64,000 nt of DNA from Spirochaetia bacterium (GTDB taxonomy: Bacteria; Spirochaetota; Spirochaetia; DSM-16054; Sediminispirochaetaceae): the NCBI GenBank assembly GCA_034520965.1, contig JAXHMY010000001.1, forward strand, positions 416,001 to 480,000. The letters run 5' to 3'. Both the position numbers and the translations under genes were made by a program. The notes beneath the pieces were generated by a model. The model was not told the DNA's origin, did no database searches, and worked only from the letters and a program-made list of their open reading frames with translations. Position 1 is the first letter of the stretch. Each line of letters begins with the position of its first letter. Below are positions 11,801 to 23,525 of the stretch, piece after piece.

Positions 11801-12518
11801 GTTCTGAAGCCGTTTCTTGAATTTTATCTACAGCTAAACCTTCTCCAAAAAACAGATATCCCTTTTCGGTAAGAGTTATCTGGCGACCAACCTGCAAAAA
11901 GCCTCTTGAAACTAAATAATGCTGAAGACTGTTCTTATCGACATAGAAAAGGGCTGTACCACGGAACTGCTCCAAATCATCGAAGAGGGGAAACTGATAT
12001 ACAAAGCGGTTCTGCTCGTCATCGATTATTATGTCTTTCGATTGTTCTGCATCTAATTTAAGTTCAGCCGTTGGAATGGTAGTGCTTTGTTCATCAAGAA
12101 TTTTGTATATGACCCGATAATCACCCTGGCGCTCGATATCATCGTCTCTGGTACTGTAATGAATTTTGTTATCCGTGGATACAAACCGGACAAATAGTAA
12201 GCCTTGGTATTCACTGTGAAGTTTATCGAAAAGATTGTTGTGCTGAAATATATATTCACGGTCCCAGTTAGGACTATATACTTTTTGTACATCGACTTGT
12301 GATAGCGTAGCGGAAAACCGGCTTTGGTACTGATGATGAAAATCTTCGATCGCCGTTTTCTTCTGCTGTAGTTCCTGCTCGTAGAGCTCAGTCACTCTCT
12401 GATTGTAGAAGGTAGTTTCTATGTACTCAAAAAGCCCGGAGTATGCTAGAAAAGCAAACGCAGTTACGAGGATAATTGATATGAGTAAGCTGATTGATAC
12501 TCTTTGAATATTGCTCAT
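8852..12518 (-). CDS. Large two-TM membrane protein with a Glu-rich repeat region (split by frameshifts in the repeats)
   Basis: ORFs 11106-12518, 10445-11092 and 8852-10441 share EEPEEIEELEELGELEEAEE repeats and are collinear. Confidence 0.7.
10370..11180 (-). repeat. Imperfect coding tandem repeats (core AEEPEEIEELEELGELEEAEE, at least 5 copies)
   Basis: Core recurs at ~10412, 10571, 10706, 10823, 10922; the last two are 99 bp apart. Confidence 0.85.
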
Positions 12519-12617
12519 ACTGGTCTTCTAGGTTATTGTACCCCTTTTTAAAGATTTACTCTACATCTCTATTACTTTTTATCGGCAAATCAATTTCCTA
12601 TCCTGAATTAAAAAGAG

Positions 12618-12655
12618 CGAGGTTCTTTCAAGATGCTAATATTGAAAGAACCTCG
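12618..12655 (-). terminator. Second terminator hairpin after rplQ
   Basis: 14-bp stem cgaggttctttcaa/ttgaaagaacctcg with U tract on the minus strand. Confidence 0.65.
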
Positions 12656-12676
12656 TTGGGAGTACCTGAACAATAT

Positions 12677-12710
12677 AAAATGGGCACCCTTAAAAGAGGT
12701 GCCCGATTTT
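12677..12710 (-). terminator. Intrinsic terminator after rplQ
   Basis: gggcacc/ggtgccc stem flanked by A and T tracts. Confidence 0.7.
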
Positions 12711-12748
12711 CTTATTAACTATTAAGTAAATTTTCTGCTAAAGTATAG

Positions 12749-13354
12749 CTATTTGTCCTTCTTCTTATCGGCCAAATCTTCTTCAGCAACAGGTTTTTCA
12801 GTACTTTCTTCGGCTTCGACTTCGGCTTCAGCCTCAGTTTCCTCTGCCGGAGCAGCTTCCGCAGTTGCGGTTTCTTCAGCTGGAGCTTCATTTGATTCAG
12901 TGTCTGTCGCTTCGGCATTCTCCTTTGCTTTTGTAGGAGCCGCAGCCGATTTCGCTTTCTTTGTGGACTTCTTTTTACCCTGTTTCTGCTCGGCAACTTC
13001 CTCTTCCACTAACTCAAGAAGTACCATTTCTGCGGCATCTCCTTGACGATAGCCAAGCTTGAGAATTCGGGTGTAGCCGCCGGGACGCTCTTTATATCTT
13101 GGTCCGATTTCTGTAAAAAGTTTAGCCAAAATCTCTTTATCTTTGATATCTTTGTTCATGATCCTTCGGTTATGGACGCTGTCCATTTTTGCCCGGGTGA
13201 TCATTTTTTCTGCAGTTCGACGAATTGCGAGTGCCTTAGCTTTAGTAGTTTTAATTCGCTCGTACCGGAACAGTGAAGTAGTCATGTTCCTGTGCAGGGA
13301 TTTTCGATGACTTGATTTTCTACCAAGTCGGTTAAATCCTATTTTATGCTTCAT
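12749..13354 (-). CDS. rplQ: 50S protein L17 with acidic C-terminal extension
   Basis: [27 protein letters not shown]. Confidence 0.97.
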   Translation of the reverse strand: MKHKIGFNRLGRKSSHRKSLHRNMTTSLFRYERIKTTKAKALAIRRTAEKMITRAKMDSVHNRRIMNKDIKDKEILAKLFTEIGPRYKERPGGYTRILKLGYRQGDAAEMVLLELVEEEVAEQKQGKKKSTKKAKSAAAPTKAKENAEATDTESNEAPAEETATAEAAPAEETEAEAEVEAEESTEKPVAEEDLADKKKDK

Positions 13355-14399
13355 CGTTCTCGTCCTTGTTCCGTTGAAGTTTTGTCGATGTCTTTAGAAC
13401 ACTGTAGTCGGTCATGCCGAGACTCAAGTTCCACTCTTTGAGTTTTTCTTTAATCTCATTTAAAGACTTTTTACCGAAATTTCGAGTCTTTGCAATTTCG
13501 TCCTCGGTTTTCTTTGTAAGATCACCGATAGAACGTATATTCGCATTCTTCAGACAATTGCTCGACCTTACCGACAGCTCTAGCTCTTCTACCGGGGTAT
13601 TCAGAATCGAACGTACACGCTCTTCTTCTTCATCCACCTCATCATCACCATCGATAGATTCTTCATCAAAATTGATAAAGATGGTGAAATGATCCTTTGC
13701 AATTTTTGCAGCTTCGGCTAATGCATCTTCCGGCGAGACAGCTCCGGTGGTCATAATTTCCAGGATTAACTTATCGAAATCACTTCTTTGTCCCACCCGA
13801 GTATTTTCAGTGTGATACTTTACCCGCCTTATTGGAGAGAAAGCTGCATCAACGGCAATAGTTCCAACTTCTTCGATATATTTTTCGTTCAGTTCCGCCG
13901 GTATATAGCCACGCCCTAGATCAATTTGTATTTCCATATCGATGTGCGCATCTTTTGTCATGGTAAGAATCTTTTGATCCTTGTTCATCACTTCGATATC
14001 ATTTTCTTTTTCGACGTCGGCGCCGGTCATGTCGCCAGGGCCCTTCACTTCTATATGAATAACTTTCTGTTCCTGATCTGCCGGAAGCTTAATATTTAAG
14101 CTTCGTAAATTGCTGATAACTTCCGGTGTATCTTCTACTACCTCAGGAATCGATTCAAACTCGCTCGATACAACGTGCGCAGTTCCTTCTTCATCATAAG
14201 AAGTAATTTTTAGAGCAGTAATAGCGTATCCTTGAATGGATGATAGCAACACCCTGCGAAGGGTGTTACCAACAGTCGTTCCATACCCTCTTTCGAAGGG
14301 ATACGCGATAAATTTCCCGTAGCTGGCGTCGGTCTCACCATGCTCAAAGGTAATTCCCTTTGGCCTTTTAAATCCCTTTAATAGGTTTTTTCGCGCCAT
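13344..14399 (-). CDS. rpoA: RNA polymerase alpha subunit
   Basis: [32 protein letters not shown]. Confidence 0.98.
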   Translation of the reverse strand: MARKNLLKGFKRPKGITFEHGETDASYGKFIAYPFERGYGTTVGNTLRRVLLSSIQGYAITALKITSYDEEGTAHVVSSEFESIPEVVEDTPEVISNLRSLNIKLPADQEQKVIHIEVKGPGDMTGADVEKENDIEVMNKDQKILTMTKDAHIDMEIQIDLGRGYIPAELNEKYIEEVGTIAVDAAFSPIRRVKYHTENTRVGQRSDFDKLILEIMTTGAVSPEDALAEAAKIAKDHFTIFINFDEESIDGDDEVDEEEERVRSILNTPVEELELSVRSSNCLKNANIRSIGDLTKKTEDEIAKTRNFGKKSLNEIKEKLKEWNLSLGMTDYSVLKTSTKLQRNKDENDEA

Positions 14400-14407
14400 G
14401 TAAACTC

Positions 14408-15043
14408 CTACCTCGAATATAGCTCGACGATTAACTGCTCATTTATTTCCGCAAGCTCATTTACATCAGCCTTACGCGGATAAGCCTTTACCGTTCCTTT
14501 CATTGCATCAGGATCGATTTGCAGCCAAGGATACACACCTGATCGAGAGTACTCTTTTAGACTCTCTTTTATCGTATGCATTTTCTTGCTCGATTCCTGA
14601 ATCACAACTTCATCGTTCTCTTTTACAATAAAAGAGGGAATGGTTACACGCTTACCGTTTACAAACACATGCCCGTGCGAAACTATCTGACGAGCCTGTT
14701 TGCGTGATGATGCAAAATGCATTCTGTACACGGTATTATCAAGCCGTCTTTCAAGCCTTGTGATTAAGTTTTCACCTGTCTTTCCGGGAAGCCGTTCCGC
14801 TTCATCAAAAAACAGTTTGAATTGTTTTTCTAACAATCCGTACATTCTTTTCAGTTTCTGCTTTTCGCGCAACTGAAGTCCGTAATCCGAAATCTTTCTC
14901 TGCCGATAGCGAGGATCTTTACCCGGAGGCGAAGCCTTCTTTGCAACCGGGCACTTGTTTGTGAAGCAGCGTTCGCCCTTCAAAAAAAGTTTTGCCCCTT
15001 CTGCTCGACATTGTCTACATGATGGACCTGTATATCTTGCCAT
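14408..15043 (-). CDS. rpsD: 30S protein S4 (Cys-containing, Zn-binding type)
   Basis: [27 protein letters not shown]. Confidence 0.98.
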   Translation of the reverse strand: MARYTGPSCRQCRAEGAKLFLKGERCFTNKCPVAKKASPPGKDPRYRQRKISDYGLQLREKQKLKRMYGLLEKQFKLFFDEAERLPGKTGENLITRLERRLDNTVYRMHFASSRKQARQIVSHGHVFVNGKRVTIPSFIVKENDEVVIQESSKKMHTIKESLKEYSRSGVYPWLQIDPDAMKGTVKAYPRKADVNELAEINEQLIVELYSR

Positions 15044-15055
15044 ACCTTACCCTCT

Positions 15056-15445
15056 CTAAACTCTTCTACTCTTTCTGGGACGGCATCCATTGTGGGGGAT
15101 GGGGGTGACATCCTTGATGCTCTTCACAGTTAAACCTAGATTACCAAGCGACCGTATAGCGGACTCTCGCCCTACTCCCGGTCCCTTCACAAATACATGA
15201 ACACCCTGCAAACCGTAATCCATAGCCTTTTTTGCTGCTGTCTCGGCAGTTGTCTGTGCCGCGTAGGGGGTTGATTTTTTCGCGCCCCTAAAACCGAGTC
15301 CACCAGCACTGGCCCAAGAAACAGTGTTTCCCTGCAGGTCCGTTATTGTTACAATAGTATTATTAAACGTAGCTTGTACGTAGACATTCCCCTCGTAAAC
15401 CGTTTTTTTGGTTTTTCTTTTCGTACTTTTCGCTGCCTTAGCCAC
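15056..15445 (-). CDS. rpsK: 30S protein S11
   Basis: [21 protein letters not shown]. Confidence 0.98.
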   Translation of the reverse strand: MAKAAKSTKRKTKKTVYEGNVYVQATFNNTIVTITDLQGNTVSWASAGGLGFRGAKKSTPYAAQTTAETAAKKAMDYGLQGVHVFVKGPGVGRESAIRSLGNLGLTVKSIKDVTPIPHNGCRPRKSRRV

Positions 15446-15462
15446 TTTCTACAACCTCCACT

Positions 15463-15828
15463 CTATTTCTTCTTTCCCGCTACTGTTTTCTTCTTACCCT
15501 TTCGAGTACGGGCGTTTGTTTTCGTCCGCTGGCCTCGAAGAGGTAAGCCTTTCCGGTGCCGCAGTCCGCGATAACACCCGATATCCATAAGCCGCTTGAT
15601 ATTCAGTGCGGTCTGAGTTCGCAGCCGTCCTTCGACAGTATAATCATTATCGATTACCCCACGAATCTGATTAACCTCTTCGCTTGTGAGGTCATTCATC
15701 CGCTTATCAGGATCTATTTCCAGTTTCTTACAAATCTCAATAGCAGAAGTTCTACCTATACCATAAATATAGGTCAATGCAATCTTTGTAGCTTTATTTG
15801 GTAAATCTATACCGGCTATTCGTGCCAT
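15463..15828 (-). CDS. rpsM: 30S protein S13
   Basis: [24 protein letters not shown]. Confidence 0.98.
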   Translation of the reverse strand: MARIAGIDLPNKATKIALTYIYGIGRTSAIEICKKLEIDPDKRMNDLTSEEVNQIRGVIDNDYTVEGRLRTQTALNIKRLMDIGCYRGLRHRKGLPLRGQRTKTNARTRKGKKKTVAGKKK

Positions 15829-15842
15829 TCAGAGCTCCTCCT

Positions 15843-15956
15843 CTACCTTTGCCTCTGCTTGTGTTTCGGGTTGCTACACACAATTCGTACTACCCCGCGT
15901 CTGCGGATTACTTTGCAATTTGCGCACATCGGTTTGATGCTTGCTCTTACCTTCAT
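15843..15956 (-). CDS. rpmJ: 50S protein L36 (not in ORF track)
   Basis: Manual translation [37 protein letters not shown]. Confidence 0.95.
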   Translation of the reverse strand: MKVRASIKPMCANCKVIRRRGVVRIVCSNPKHKQRQR

Positions 15957-15969
15957 TTTATTCTTCCCC

Positions 15970-17292
15970 TTATAAGTTCCTTGACTTGAGCTTTCCTCGT
16001 TTCGTAAAACCATCATGGTGGTGCATTCTAAGATGTCCTTCTATTTGGGACATTGTATCTAAGTCTACCCCAACCATGATTAACAGTGAAGTACCACCCA
16101 ACAACATTGCAACTGAAACCGGGAAGTTAAAAAGCTTCTGTATAATTGTCGGAATAACTGCAATGAACGCCAGAAACAACGCACCCGGCAGTACAATTCG
16201 GTTCAGTATTTTTGTTAAGTACTCTTCCATCTTTTCAGTTCTAATTCCTGGAATCGAACCACCATTTTCTCGTATCTGTTTTGCTATTTCAATCGGGTTA
16301 AGGGACACCTGAGTATAGAAATAGGCGAAAAATACAATCAGCAGCGTGTAAATAATAACATAAGGCATTCCCTGCGGGCTGAGCCAAGAAGAAAAGGAGG
16401 CCAGCCACCCAATTTCACTGCCTAAGTTACCGGCTATTTGAAGCGGAAAAGTAAGCACTGAAGATGCAAAAATGACCGGTATAACTCCTGAAGGGTTCAC
16501 CTTAAACGGGATATAAGTACTTTGTGCACCATACATCTTTCTTCCCACTACACGTTTCGCATAGTGGACGGGGATCTTTCTTTGCCCCTGTTGCTCATAA
16601 ATAACCAGTGCAACTACAGCGACAAACATGCCCAGTACGATGATAACAAAAACCGGGTTTAGTTCACCAACCTGCACTTTATTAAACAGAGTAATAAATG
16701 CATTGGGCATCCGGGCTACAATACCCGCAAAAATCAACAGGGAAATACCGTTTCCCACCCCACGCTGGGTGATCTGTTCACCAATCCATATTAAGAAGAC
16801 GGTACCAGTAGTAACAGTCATCATTGCTAAGAGTGTATAGGGCAGCCTATTCATTGTAATCGCATTTGGAATCGAATCGGCATACACCGTTACTACATAC
16901 GACTGAATAAGACATACAAGCAGTACTCCGTATCTCGTATACCGCTGGATTTTCTTTCGGCCGCCTTCTTCTTCTGAAATTCTTTTCAGAGTCGGAAAAA
17001 CGACAATCAGCAGCTGCATTATAATCTGCATCGAGATATACGGCATAATACCAAGCATGAATACTGAGAAGTTCTTAAAGGCTCCTCCGGCAAAGAAGTT
17101 AATATACTCGGTAATGCCGATGTTTCCGGACCCTTCCTGGGCCATAAAGTACAGCTTAAGCGCATTCACATTAATACCTGGAATTGGAAGGGTTGCCCCC
17201 AAACGAAACACCATTAGCATCAATACTGTGAAAGTTATGCGTTGTCTTAAATCTTTTACCCGGAAAATGTCGAGAAACGCGTTATTAGCCAT
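15970..17292 (-). CDS. secY: Preprotein translocase SecY
   Basis: [34 protein letters not shown]. Confidence 0.98.
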   Translation of the reverse strand: MANNAFLDIFRVKDLRQRITFTVLMLMVFRLGATLPIPGINVNALKLYFMAQEGSGNIGITEYINFFAGGAFKNFSVFMLGIMPYISMQIIMQLLIVVFPTLKRISEEEGGRKKIQRYTRYGVLLVCLIQSYVVTVYADSIPNAITMNRLPYTLLAMMTVTTGTVFLIWIGEQITQRGVGNGISLLIFAGIVARMPNAFITLFNKVQVGELNPVFVIIVLGMFVAVVALVIYEQQGQRKIPVHYAKRVVGRKMYGAQSTYIPFKVNPSGVIPVIFASSVLTFPLQIAGNLGSEIGWLASFSSWLSPQGMPYVIIYTLLIVFFAYFYTQVSLNPIEIAKQIRENGGSIPGIRTEKMEEYLTKILNRIVLPGALFLAFIAVIPTIIQKLFNFPVSVAMLLGGTSLLIMVGVDLDTMSQIEGHLRMHHHDGFTKRGKLKSRNL

Positions 17293-17743
17293 TGTTACCT
17301 TCTTCTAATCCTTCTATAGTACCGCCGGCAGCTTCGATTTTTTTATGTGCTGATGCCGACACCTTGTGTACAGCGAAGGTAAGCTTTTTTGTAACCTCGC
17401 CGTTGCCAAGAATCTTAACAATTGCATTTTTTTTCTTCAATATCCCTTTCTTACGGAGGGTATCTAAATTTACTGTATCACCATCGTTATATCGTTCTTC
17501 TACAGTTTTTAGATTTACCACACTGTATTCTTTTTTAAAGGGGTAATTTGAGAAACCGCGAGCCGCAATACGGCGGAAAAGTGGCATTTGTCCACCTTCA
17601 AAACCTAAGCGTACTCCGCCTCCCGAACGGGAATTCTGGCCATCATGACCGCGACCGGAGGTTCCTCCGTGTCCGCTGCCAACGCCTCTTCCCACGGGTC
17701 GTTTTTTCTTATGGGCTCCATTGGGTGCCTTGAGTTGTTCCAT
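17285..17743 (-). CDS. rplO: 50S protein L15
   Basis: GRGVGSGHG, GFEGGQMPL. Confidence 0.97.
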   Translation of the reverse strand: MEQLKAPNGAHKKKRPVGRGVGSGHGGTSGRGHDGQNSRSGGGVRLGFEGGQMPLFRRIAARGFSNYPFKKEYSVVNLKTVEERYNDGDTVNLDTLRKKGILKKKNAIVKILGNGEVTKKLTFAVHKVSASAHKKIEAAGGTIEGLEEGNNG

Positions 17744-17745
17744 AG

Positions 17746-17934
17746 CTACTCAATCTCCTCAACTTCAACAAGATGACTGATCTTACCCACCATTCCAAGT
17801 ATGGATGGAGTTACTTTATGCTCAACTCGGCTGCCTATTTTCCTAAGACCAAGTGCATCCAACGTCTTTTCTTGTTTAGGTTTTCTTCCATACCTGCTCT
17901 TCTTGAGAGTGATACGAATCATCTTTTCTGCCAT
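17746..17934 (-). CDS. rpmD: 50S protein L30
   Basis: ITLKKSRYG..TLDALGLRKI; spc operon position. Confidence 0.95.
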   Translation of the reverse strand: MAEKMIRITLKKSRYGRKPKQEKTLDALGLRKIGSRVEHKVTPSILGMVGKISHLVEVEEIE

Positions 17935-17936
17935 TA

Positions 17937-18425
17937 TTAACTCCACATTTCCTGCAGCGTTTTACCTCTGCCTTTAGCGATTTCTTTCGCATCCATGATT
18001 TCATCAAACCCAGCAAAAACAGCCTTTACAATATTAAGCGTATTTTGAGAACCAAGAGATTTACTCATGATATCGTGAACGCCACATGCATCCATGATTG
18101 AGCGTACAGGCCCACCGGCGATTACTCCGGTACCCGGAGCAGCAGGTTTCATAAATACCTCTGCACTCTTAAACCGCCCAATAACTACATGGGGTATAGT
18201 CGTTCGCTGCATCGGCACCTTCACCATAGTCTTCTTAGCCTTTTCAATACCTTTGCGGATAGCTTCAGCAACATCATTTGCCTTTCCAAAGCCATACCCG
18301 ACATTACCTTTTTGATCGCCTACAATCACCAGGGCTGAAAATGAGAAACGACGTCCACCCTTTACAACTTTGGCTACACGATTCAGCTTAATGAGTTTTT
18401 CTACGTACTCCTTATCTTTATCCAC
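17937..18425 (-). CDS. rpsE: 30S protein S5
   Basis: [15 protein letters not shown]. Confidence 0.98.
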   Translation of the reverse strand: MDKDKEYVEKLIKLNRVAKVVKGGRRFSFSALVIVGDQKGNVGYGFGKANDVAEAIRKGIEKAKKTMVKVPMQRTTIPHVVIGRFKSAEVFMKPAAPGTGVIAGGPVRSIMDACGVHDIMSKSLGSQNTLNIVKAVFAGFDEIMDAKEIAKGRGKTLQEMWS

Positions 18426-18434
18426 AGTTTCCCC

Positions 18435-18794
18435 CTAAAATTTCAGTCCTGCTTTTCTTGCACCGTCAGCCAGACTTCTTACAACGCCCCAATAGGTAAA
18501 ACCGTTCCTATCGAACACGACAGTATCTATGTTTTTGGCCTTTAAACGCTCGCCAATTGCATTTCCGATTTTGCTTGCGTTTTCTACGTTATTGCGAAGG
18601 CCGGTAAACTCGGACTCCATAGTACTCGCAGACGCAACCGTAGCGTTTTTAGTGTCATCAATAGCCTGAACGTACATATGTTTATTGCTTCGATATACAC
18701 TTAGTCTTGGACGTTCTGCAGTTCCACTAATATTCTTACGAACATGAAGTTTACGTCTTCTGCGTTTCGCTTGTTTTTCTTGTACTCTCTTCAT
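18435..18794 (-). CDS. rplR: 50S protein L18
   Basis: RPRLSVYRSNKH, VVFDRNG. Confidence 0.97.
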   Translation of the reverse strand: MKRVQEKQAKRRRRKLHVRKNISGTAERPRLSVYRSNKHMYVQAIDDTKNATVASASTMESEFTGLRNNVENASKIGNAIGERLKAKNIDTVVFDRNGFTYWGVVRSLADGARKAGLKF

Positions 18795-18804
18795 ATCGTT
18801 TATC

Positions 18805-19344
18805 CTACTTTACACCAGACTTACCGATCTTTCGTGAAATTCTCTCATCTTCGTATTTCACACCCTTCCCCTTATAAGGTTCCGGCGGACGTAGAGAGCG
18901 AATCTCGGAGCTTATCTGTCCGACAAGCTGCTTCTGAATTCCGGTAATAACTACTTTAGTGGTTCCTTCGCAGGTAATGGTGATTCCTTCCGGAATTACA
19001 AACTCAACCGGATTCGAAAACCCAAGGTTAAGATGAAGTATATCACCCTTTACTTCTGCTCGGTACCCTACTCCATTTATCAATAATGATTTTGTGAATC
19101 CCTTGGATACACCTTCAACCATATTCCAGCACAGTTGTCGGTACAAGCCGTGGTACGAACGGGCGTCTTTACTATCATTCGTTCGGTCGACAATCAGCTG
19201 ATTATCCTTGACCTTTATTTCAACATCTTTGTTGAAACCTTGTGAAAGTTTACCCTTGGGCCCCTCAACTGTTACTGTATTATCCTTTACGTCTACCTTC
19301 ACTCCGTCAGGTATCTGTACCGGTAGTTTTCCAACTCGTGACAT
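18805..19344 (-). CDS. rplF: 50S protein L6
   Basis: MSRVGKLP, RPPEPYKGKG. Confidence 0.98.
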   Translation of the reverse strand: MSRVGKLPVQIPDGVKVDVKDNTVTVEGPKGKLSQGFNKDVEIKVKDNQLIVDRTNDSKDARSYHGLYRQLCWNMVEGVSKGFTKSLLINGVGYRAEVKGDILHLNLGFSNPVEFVIPEGITITCEGTTKVVITGIQKQLVGQISSEIRSLRPPEPYKGKGVKYEDERISRKIGKSGVK

Positions 19345-19358
19345 TAGATTCCCCCGTT

Positions 19359-19757
19359 TTACCAGACAGAACAGATAAGCTCTCCGCCTACCTTGCGCTC
19401 TGTTGCTTTTTTCCCTGTGATCACACCCGTCGACGTCGATACAATGAGGATTCCATGACCGTTGAATACACGCGGCATTTTCCGGTATCCGGCGTATATT
19501 CTTCGCCCCGGACTGGAAATCTTTTTTATACCGTGAATAATTGGCTTCTGGCCATCGTCATACTTCAAGAAAATCCGGATGACACTTTTACCATCCTGGG
19601 TGGTCTTCTTGAAATTCTTCACATATCCCTCATTCTTAAAGATTTTTACAACCTCAAGTTTTATTTTTGAGGGATGGATATCGACCTTTTCGTGACCCGC
19701 ACTGACTGCGTTTCTAATTTTTGTGAGCATATCTGCTACAGGATCGCTTACTGCCAT
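19359..19757 (-). CDS. rpsH: 30S protein S8
   Basis: [22 protein letters not shown]. Confidence 0.98.
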   Translation of the reverse strand: MAVSDPVADMLTKIRNAVSAGHEKVDIHPSKIKLEVVKIFKNEGYVKNFKKTTQDGKSVIRIFLKYDDGQKPIIHGIKKISSPGRRIYAGYRKMPRVFNGHGILIVSTSTGVITGKKATERKVGGELICSVW

Positions 19758-19772
19758 ACTCTCTACTCCCTC

Positions 19773-19958
19773 TTACCAGCTTGATTTAGTCACGCCGGGT
19801 ATTAGTCCCTCGTTTGCAAGCTTCCGAAAACAAACCCTGCACATGCCGAATTTCCGCATATATCCTCGAGGACGACCACACACCTTGCATCTATTCACCT
19901 TTCGTGTACTGTACTTAGGTGTACGCTGTGATTTAACTATAAGTGCTTTCCGTGCCAT
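19773..19958 (-). CDS. rpsZ: 30S protein S14, type Z
   Basis: 61 aa, [15 protein letters not shown] zinc motif. Confidence 0.96.
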   Translation of the reverse strand: MARKALIVKSQRTPKYSTRKVNRCKVCGRPRGYMRKFGMCRVCFRKLANEGLIPGVTKSSW

Positions 19959-19968
19959 GCTTATCTCC

Positions 19969-20520
19969 CTACTTTCTGAAAGGCATGCCGAGCTTTTGCA
20001 GCAGCACCCTTGCTTCCTGATCAGTTTCCGCGGTAGTAACTATAGCGATATTTAATCCGCTAACCCGCTCGATGTTATCGTAGTCGATCTCAGGAAAAAT
20101 TATTTGTTCCTGAACTCCTATCGAATAGTTTCCATGACCATCGAACGCATTCGGGTTAACCCCCCGAAAGTCCTTTACACGCGGCAACGCAATATTCAAT
20201 AAACGGTCCAGAAACTCCCACATTCGGTCACCCCGAAGAGTGACTTTTGCACCAATTTCATTACCTTCTCGCAGTTTAAAGTTTGCGATAGATTTACGCG
20301 CCTTTGTTTTCACCGGCTGCTGGCCTGTAATTGTAGCCAGCTCCTTTACCGCAGATTCTAACAGGTTTTTGTTCTGAATAGCCTCACCTACACCCGCGCT
20401 TACCGAAACTTTTTCGATACGTGGAATCTGCATGTGAGTGCTATAACCGAACTCCTCTTTGAGCTCTGCAGCAACCTTCTCGTTATACGTTGACCTAAGC
20501 CTTGGTACATACTGTTCCAT
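19969..20520 (-). CDS. rplE: 50S protein L5
   Basis: [25 protein letters not shown]. Confidence 0.98.
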   Translation of the reverse strand: MEQYVPRLRSTYNEKVAAELKEEFGYSTHMQIPRIEKVSVSAGVGEAIQNKNLLESAVKELATITGQQPVKTKARKSIANFKLREGNEIGAKVTLRGDRMWEFLDRLLNIALPRVKDFRGVNPNAFDGHGNYSIGVQEQIIFPEIDYDNIERVSGLNIAIVTTAETDQEARVLLQKLGMPFRK

Positions 20521-20843
20521 TACAGCTCTTCCCCAGTCTTCTTTGCTATTCTAATCTTCTTACCATTTTCGATTTTATAACCGATCCTGGTTGCCTCACC
20601 GTTTTTAGTAACGGCAGCCACATTCGATAGTGCGACAGCTGCTTCAATCTCGATAATGCCGCCCTTTTCCTGCTGGCTCTTCGCCCGTACGGCCTTCTTC
20701 ACCATGTTTAATCCCTGAATGTATACACGGCCCCGGTTTCTATCAATTCGTAGAATTTTTCCGGTTTTGCCCTTATCTTTTCCGGTGAGGATCTTCACGG
20801 TGTCATCTCGCTTAAGTTTTGTGTTCACCTGATTCTTCGTCAT
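20520..20843 (-). CDS. rplX: 50S protein L24
   Basis: [18 protein letters not shown] motif. Confidence 0.96.
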   Translation of the reverse strand: MTKNQVNTKLKRDDTVKILTGKDKGKTGKILRIDRNRGRVYIQGLNMVKKAVRAKSQQEKGGIIEIEAAVALSNVAAVTKNGEATRIGYKIENGKKIRIAKKTGEEL

Positions 20844-20853
20844 CTTGATCCTC

Positions 20854-21222
20854 CTAGAGTACCTCGGGAGCAAGAGAGATAATCTTCATATATCCCGCCT
20901 CTCTTAACTCTCTGGCAACTGGTCCGAAGATACGTTTACCCTTTGGATTCAGGTTCGTATCTATAATCACACACGCGTTATCATCAAAACGAATATACGT
21001 TCCATCATTTCGCCTATGTTCTTTTTTGGTTCGAACAATGACTGCCCTCTGCACATCGCCTTTTTTGACCTGTGCATTTGGCAGAGCATCCTTCACTGCC
21101 ACAACAACGACATCTCCGATACCAGCCGTTTTCCTTTTACTTCCACCAAGGACTTTGACGCACTGCACCTTCTTGGCGCCACTGTTATCCGCTACATTCA
21201 GGTATGTCTGCATCTGTATCAT
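20854..21222 (-). CDS. rplN: 50S protein L14
   Basis: [24 protein letters not shown]. Confidence 0.98.
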   Translation of the reverse strand: MIQMQTYLNVADNSGAKKVQCVKVLGGSKRKTAGIGDVVVVAVKDALPNAQVKKGDVQRAVIVRTKKEHRRNDGTYIRFDDNACVIIDTNLNPKGKRIFGPVARELREAGYMKIISLAPEVL

Positions 21223-21252
21223 ACGACAACTCCTTCTACTACGTATCCGCTG

Positions 21253-21504
21253 CTATTTCGCCCTTTCAACGATTTTGGATAGTCTCCAGTGCTTGTCCTT
21301 GCTGAGCGGTCTGCTCTCTATTACCCGCACTAAGTCCCCAATATGCGCTTCGTTCTTCTCATCATGGGCTTTAACCTTCTTGGTCTGTTTCACATACTTC
21401 TTATACAGTCCATGCAATTGTCTTGTTTCAACTGCTACAACTATAGTCTTTTCCATCTTTTCGCTTGTTACACGTCCCTGATAACTCTTCTTATTTACTA
21501 TCAT
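21253..21504 (-). CDS. rpsQ: 30S protein S17
   Basis: [25 protein letters not shown]. Confidence 0.97.
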   Translation of the reverse strand: MIVNKKSYQGRVTSEKMEKTIVVAVETRQLHGLYKKYVKQTKKVKAHDEKNEAHIGDLVRVIESRPLSKDKHWRLSKIVERAK

Positions 21505-21521
21505 TCTCTGCAGCCTCTTCC

Positions 21522-21731
21522 TTACTTATCTCCCGGATTTCGTAGTCCCAGGGCATACTCATGAATTACCGTGTTGAGCCGGGCAATGTTTCTACGAAGG
21601 GTACGCCTTTCAATTGGGTTCTCCGCATGTCCCATCACACTGCTAATACGAAAATCCATAAACTCTTTGCGAAGCTGCTCGCGTTTTTCCACAAGCTCCT
21701 GAAACGTAAGATCGCTAAACGAGTTCTTCAT
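21522..21731 (-). CDS. rpmC: 50S protein L29
   Basis: [18 protein letters not shown]; position after rplP. Confidence 0.93.
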   Translation of the reverse strand: MKNSFSDLTFQELVEKREQLRKEFMDFRISSVMGHAENPIERRTLRRNIARLNTVIHEYALGLRNPGDK

Positions 21732-21735
21732 ATCG

Positions 21736-22152
21736 CTACTCCACATCCCGTCTTGATATGAACTTGGTTCGTATAGGCAGCTTCGAACTGGCAAGCTTCA
21801 TAGCTTCCTGTGCCAACTCACGCTTTACACCGGACATCTCAAACATTACAGCGCCGGTCTTTACTACAGCGACCCATCCTTCCGGGTTTCCCTTACCTTT
21901 TCCCTGCCGAGTTTCAGCAGGTTTTTGGGTGTAGGGCTTGTCCGGAAAAATCCGAATCCATACCTTACCACCACGTTTAATGTGGCGGGTCATTGCAATA
22001 CGGGCAGCTTCTATCTGCCTGGCGGTAATCCAGCGCGGCTCAAGCGCTATCAGCCCGTAATCACCAAACGAAATTTTATTGCCTCTGTTCGCAACACCGT
22101 CCATTCTTCCACGATGCTGCTTTCTGTACTTTGTTCGTTTTGGACTCAGCAT
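21736..22152 (-). CDS. rplP: 50S protein L16
   Basis: [24 protein letters not shown]. Confidence 0.98.
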   Translation of the reverse strand: MLSPKRTKYRKQHRGRMDGVANRGNKISFGDYGLIALEPRWITARQIEAARIAMTRHIKRGGKVWIRIFPDKPYTQKPAETRQGKGKGNPEGWVAVVKTGAVMFEMSGVKRELAQEAMKLASSKLPIRTKFISRRDVE

Positions 22153-22155
22153 TGC

Positions 22156-22863
22156 CTACTCACTCCTTGACTGAGACTTTCCGTCCCTTTGCTTCTTTAC
22201 CAGTAGTCCGGCATCTTCCTTGCGGTCCTTCTGAAGTACTTCTCCATTAAAGATCCATACTTTTACGCCAATCGTACCAAAAGTAGTTTTGGCTTCGAAA
22301 AAACCATAGTCAATGTCTGAACGAAGGGTATGCAACGGCACACGACCTGATTGCTGCCACTCAACTCTTGACATCTCAGCTCCACCCAAACGACCGGAGA
22401 TTCGTATCTTAACGCCCTCAACACCTGCCTGCATCGCCTTGCTTACCGAGATCTTTAGAGCTCTTCGAAAAGAACCGCGAGCTTTCAGTTGACGCGCTAC
22501 GTTCATAGCTATCAGCTGGGCATCACCTTCGGGTCGTTTGACCTCTTTGATCTTGATTTGAATTTTCTTCTTCGCAAGTTTTTGAAGCCGATTACCAATT
22601 TTTTCTATATTGGAACCCTTTGCGCCTATGATAATTCCGGGTCGAGAAGTCTTAACGACAATAGTAATTCTCTGAGGATGTCGAATAATCTCTATATCCG
22701 AGATTTCCGCACCACGGGCTTCAGGACTATTCTCCAGCTCTTTTCTCAGCTTCAAATCTTCATGCAGAGTTTCGACGTAGTCCCGCGGATCAACATACCA
22801 CTTCGATTTCCAGGTTTTATTTATACCTAATCGTAGTCCTATCGGATTAACCTTCTGACCCAT
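22156..22863 (-). CDS. rpsC: 30S protein S3
   Basis: MGQKVNPIGLRLG, GRVPLHTLR. Confidence 0.98.
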   Translation of the reverse strand: MGQKVNPIGLRLGINKTWKSKWYVDPRDYVETLHEDLKLRKELENSPEARGAEISDIEIIRHPQRITIVVKTSRPGIIIGAKGSNIEKIGNRLQKLAKKKIQIKIKEVKRPEGDAQLIAMNVARQLKARGSFRRALKISVSKAMQAGVEGVKIRISGRLGGAEMSRVEWQQSGRVPLHTLRSDIDYGFFEAKTTFGTIGVKVWIFNGEVLQKDRKEDAGLLVKKQRDGKSQSRSE

Positions 22864-23226
22864 TTATTCCCCCATATTTCCTATTTCGTCTACAACTACC
22901 GAGACATGGCTCATACGCTTTAAAAGAATATCTCTTCTTCCCCGCGCACGCGGCCATACACGCTTCAAACGCGGGCCTTCATCTATTAACAGCTGCTTAA
23001 TGAATAAACTCTCTTCATCTAGCTTGTTATTTTGATAGAGCGCATTCGCTGCGGCTGACTGTAAAACCTTCTTGATAAGTCCAGCACCCTTTTTTGGGGT
23101 ACTCTCAAGAATTGCCATCGCCTCGGTATAAGGTTTTAACCTAATAGTATCGGCAATAGGGCGTATTTTACTGGGAGAAACAAGAAGAAATTTCGCTTTT
23201 GCTGTATACCCTTTCTTCACTTCCAT
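22864..23226 (-). CDS. rplV: 50S protein L22
   Basis: DEGPRLKRVWPRARGR. Confidence 0.97.
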   Translation of the reverse strand: MEVKKGYTAKAKFLLVSPSKIRPIADTIRLKPYTEAMAILESTPKKGAGLIKKVLQSAAANALYQNNKLDEESLFIKQLLIDEGPRLKRVWPRARGRRDILLKRMSHVSVVVDEIGNMGE

Positions 23227-23234
23227 AACAACAC

Positions 23235-23516
23235 CTATTTCTTTCCGACTTTCTTATCGGATCTTGCATGTCCGCGGAAAAAGCGGGTTGGTGCAAACTC
23301 ACCAAGTTTATGTCCTACCAAATTTTCGTTGACATACACAGGAACCCATGTTTTTCCGTTATACACAGAAATGGTGAATCCTACCATCTCCGGAATAATA
23401 GTCGAGCAACGGGAATATGTTTTAATCATCTTCTTATCCCCGGATTTACCCGCCTCTACAATTCTTTTGTAAAGCTTTTTCTCTATAAAAGGACCTTTCT
23501 TAATCGATCTTGACAC
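23235..23516 (-). CDS. rpsS: 30S protein S19
   Basis: [21 protein letters not shown]. Confidence 0.98.
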   Translation of the reverse strand: MSRSIKKGPFIEKKLYKRIVEAGKSGDKKMIKTYSRCSTIIPEMVGFTISVYNGKTWVPVYVNENLVGHKLGEFAPTRFFRGHARSDKKVGKK

Positions 23517-23525
23517 GACCTACTC

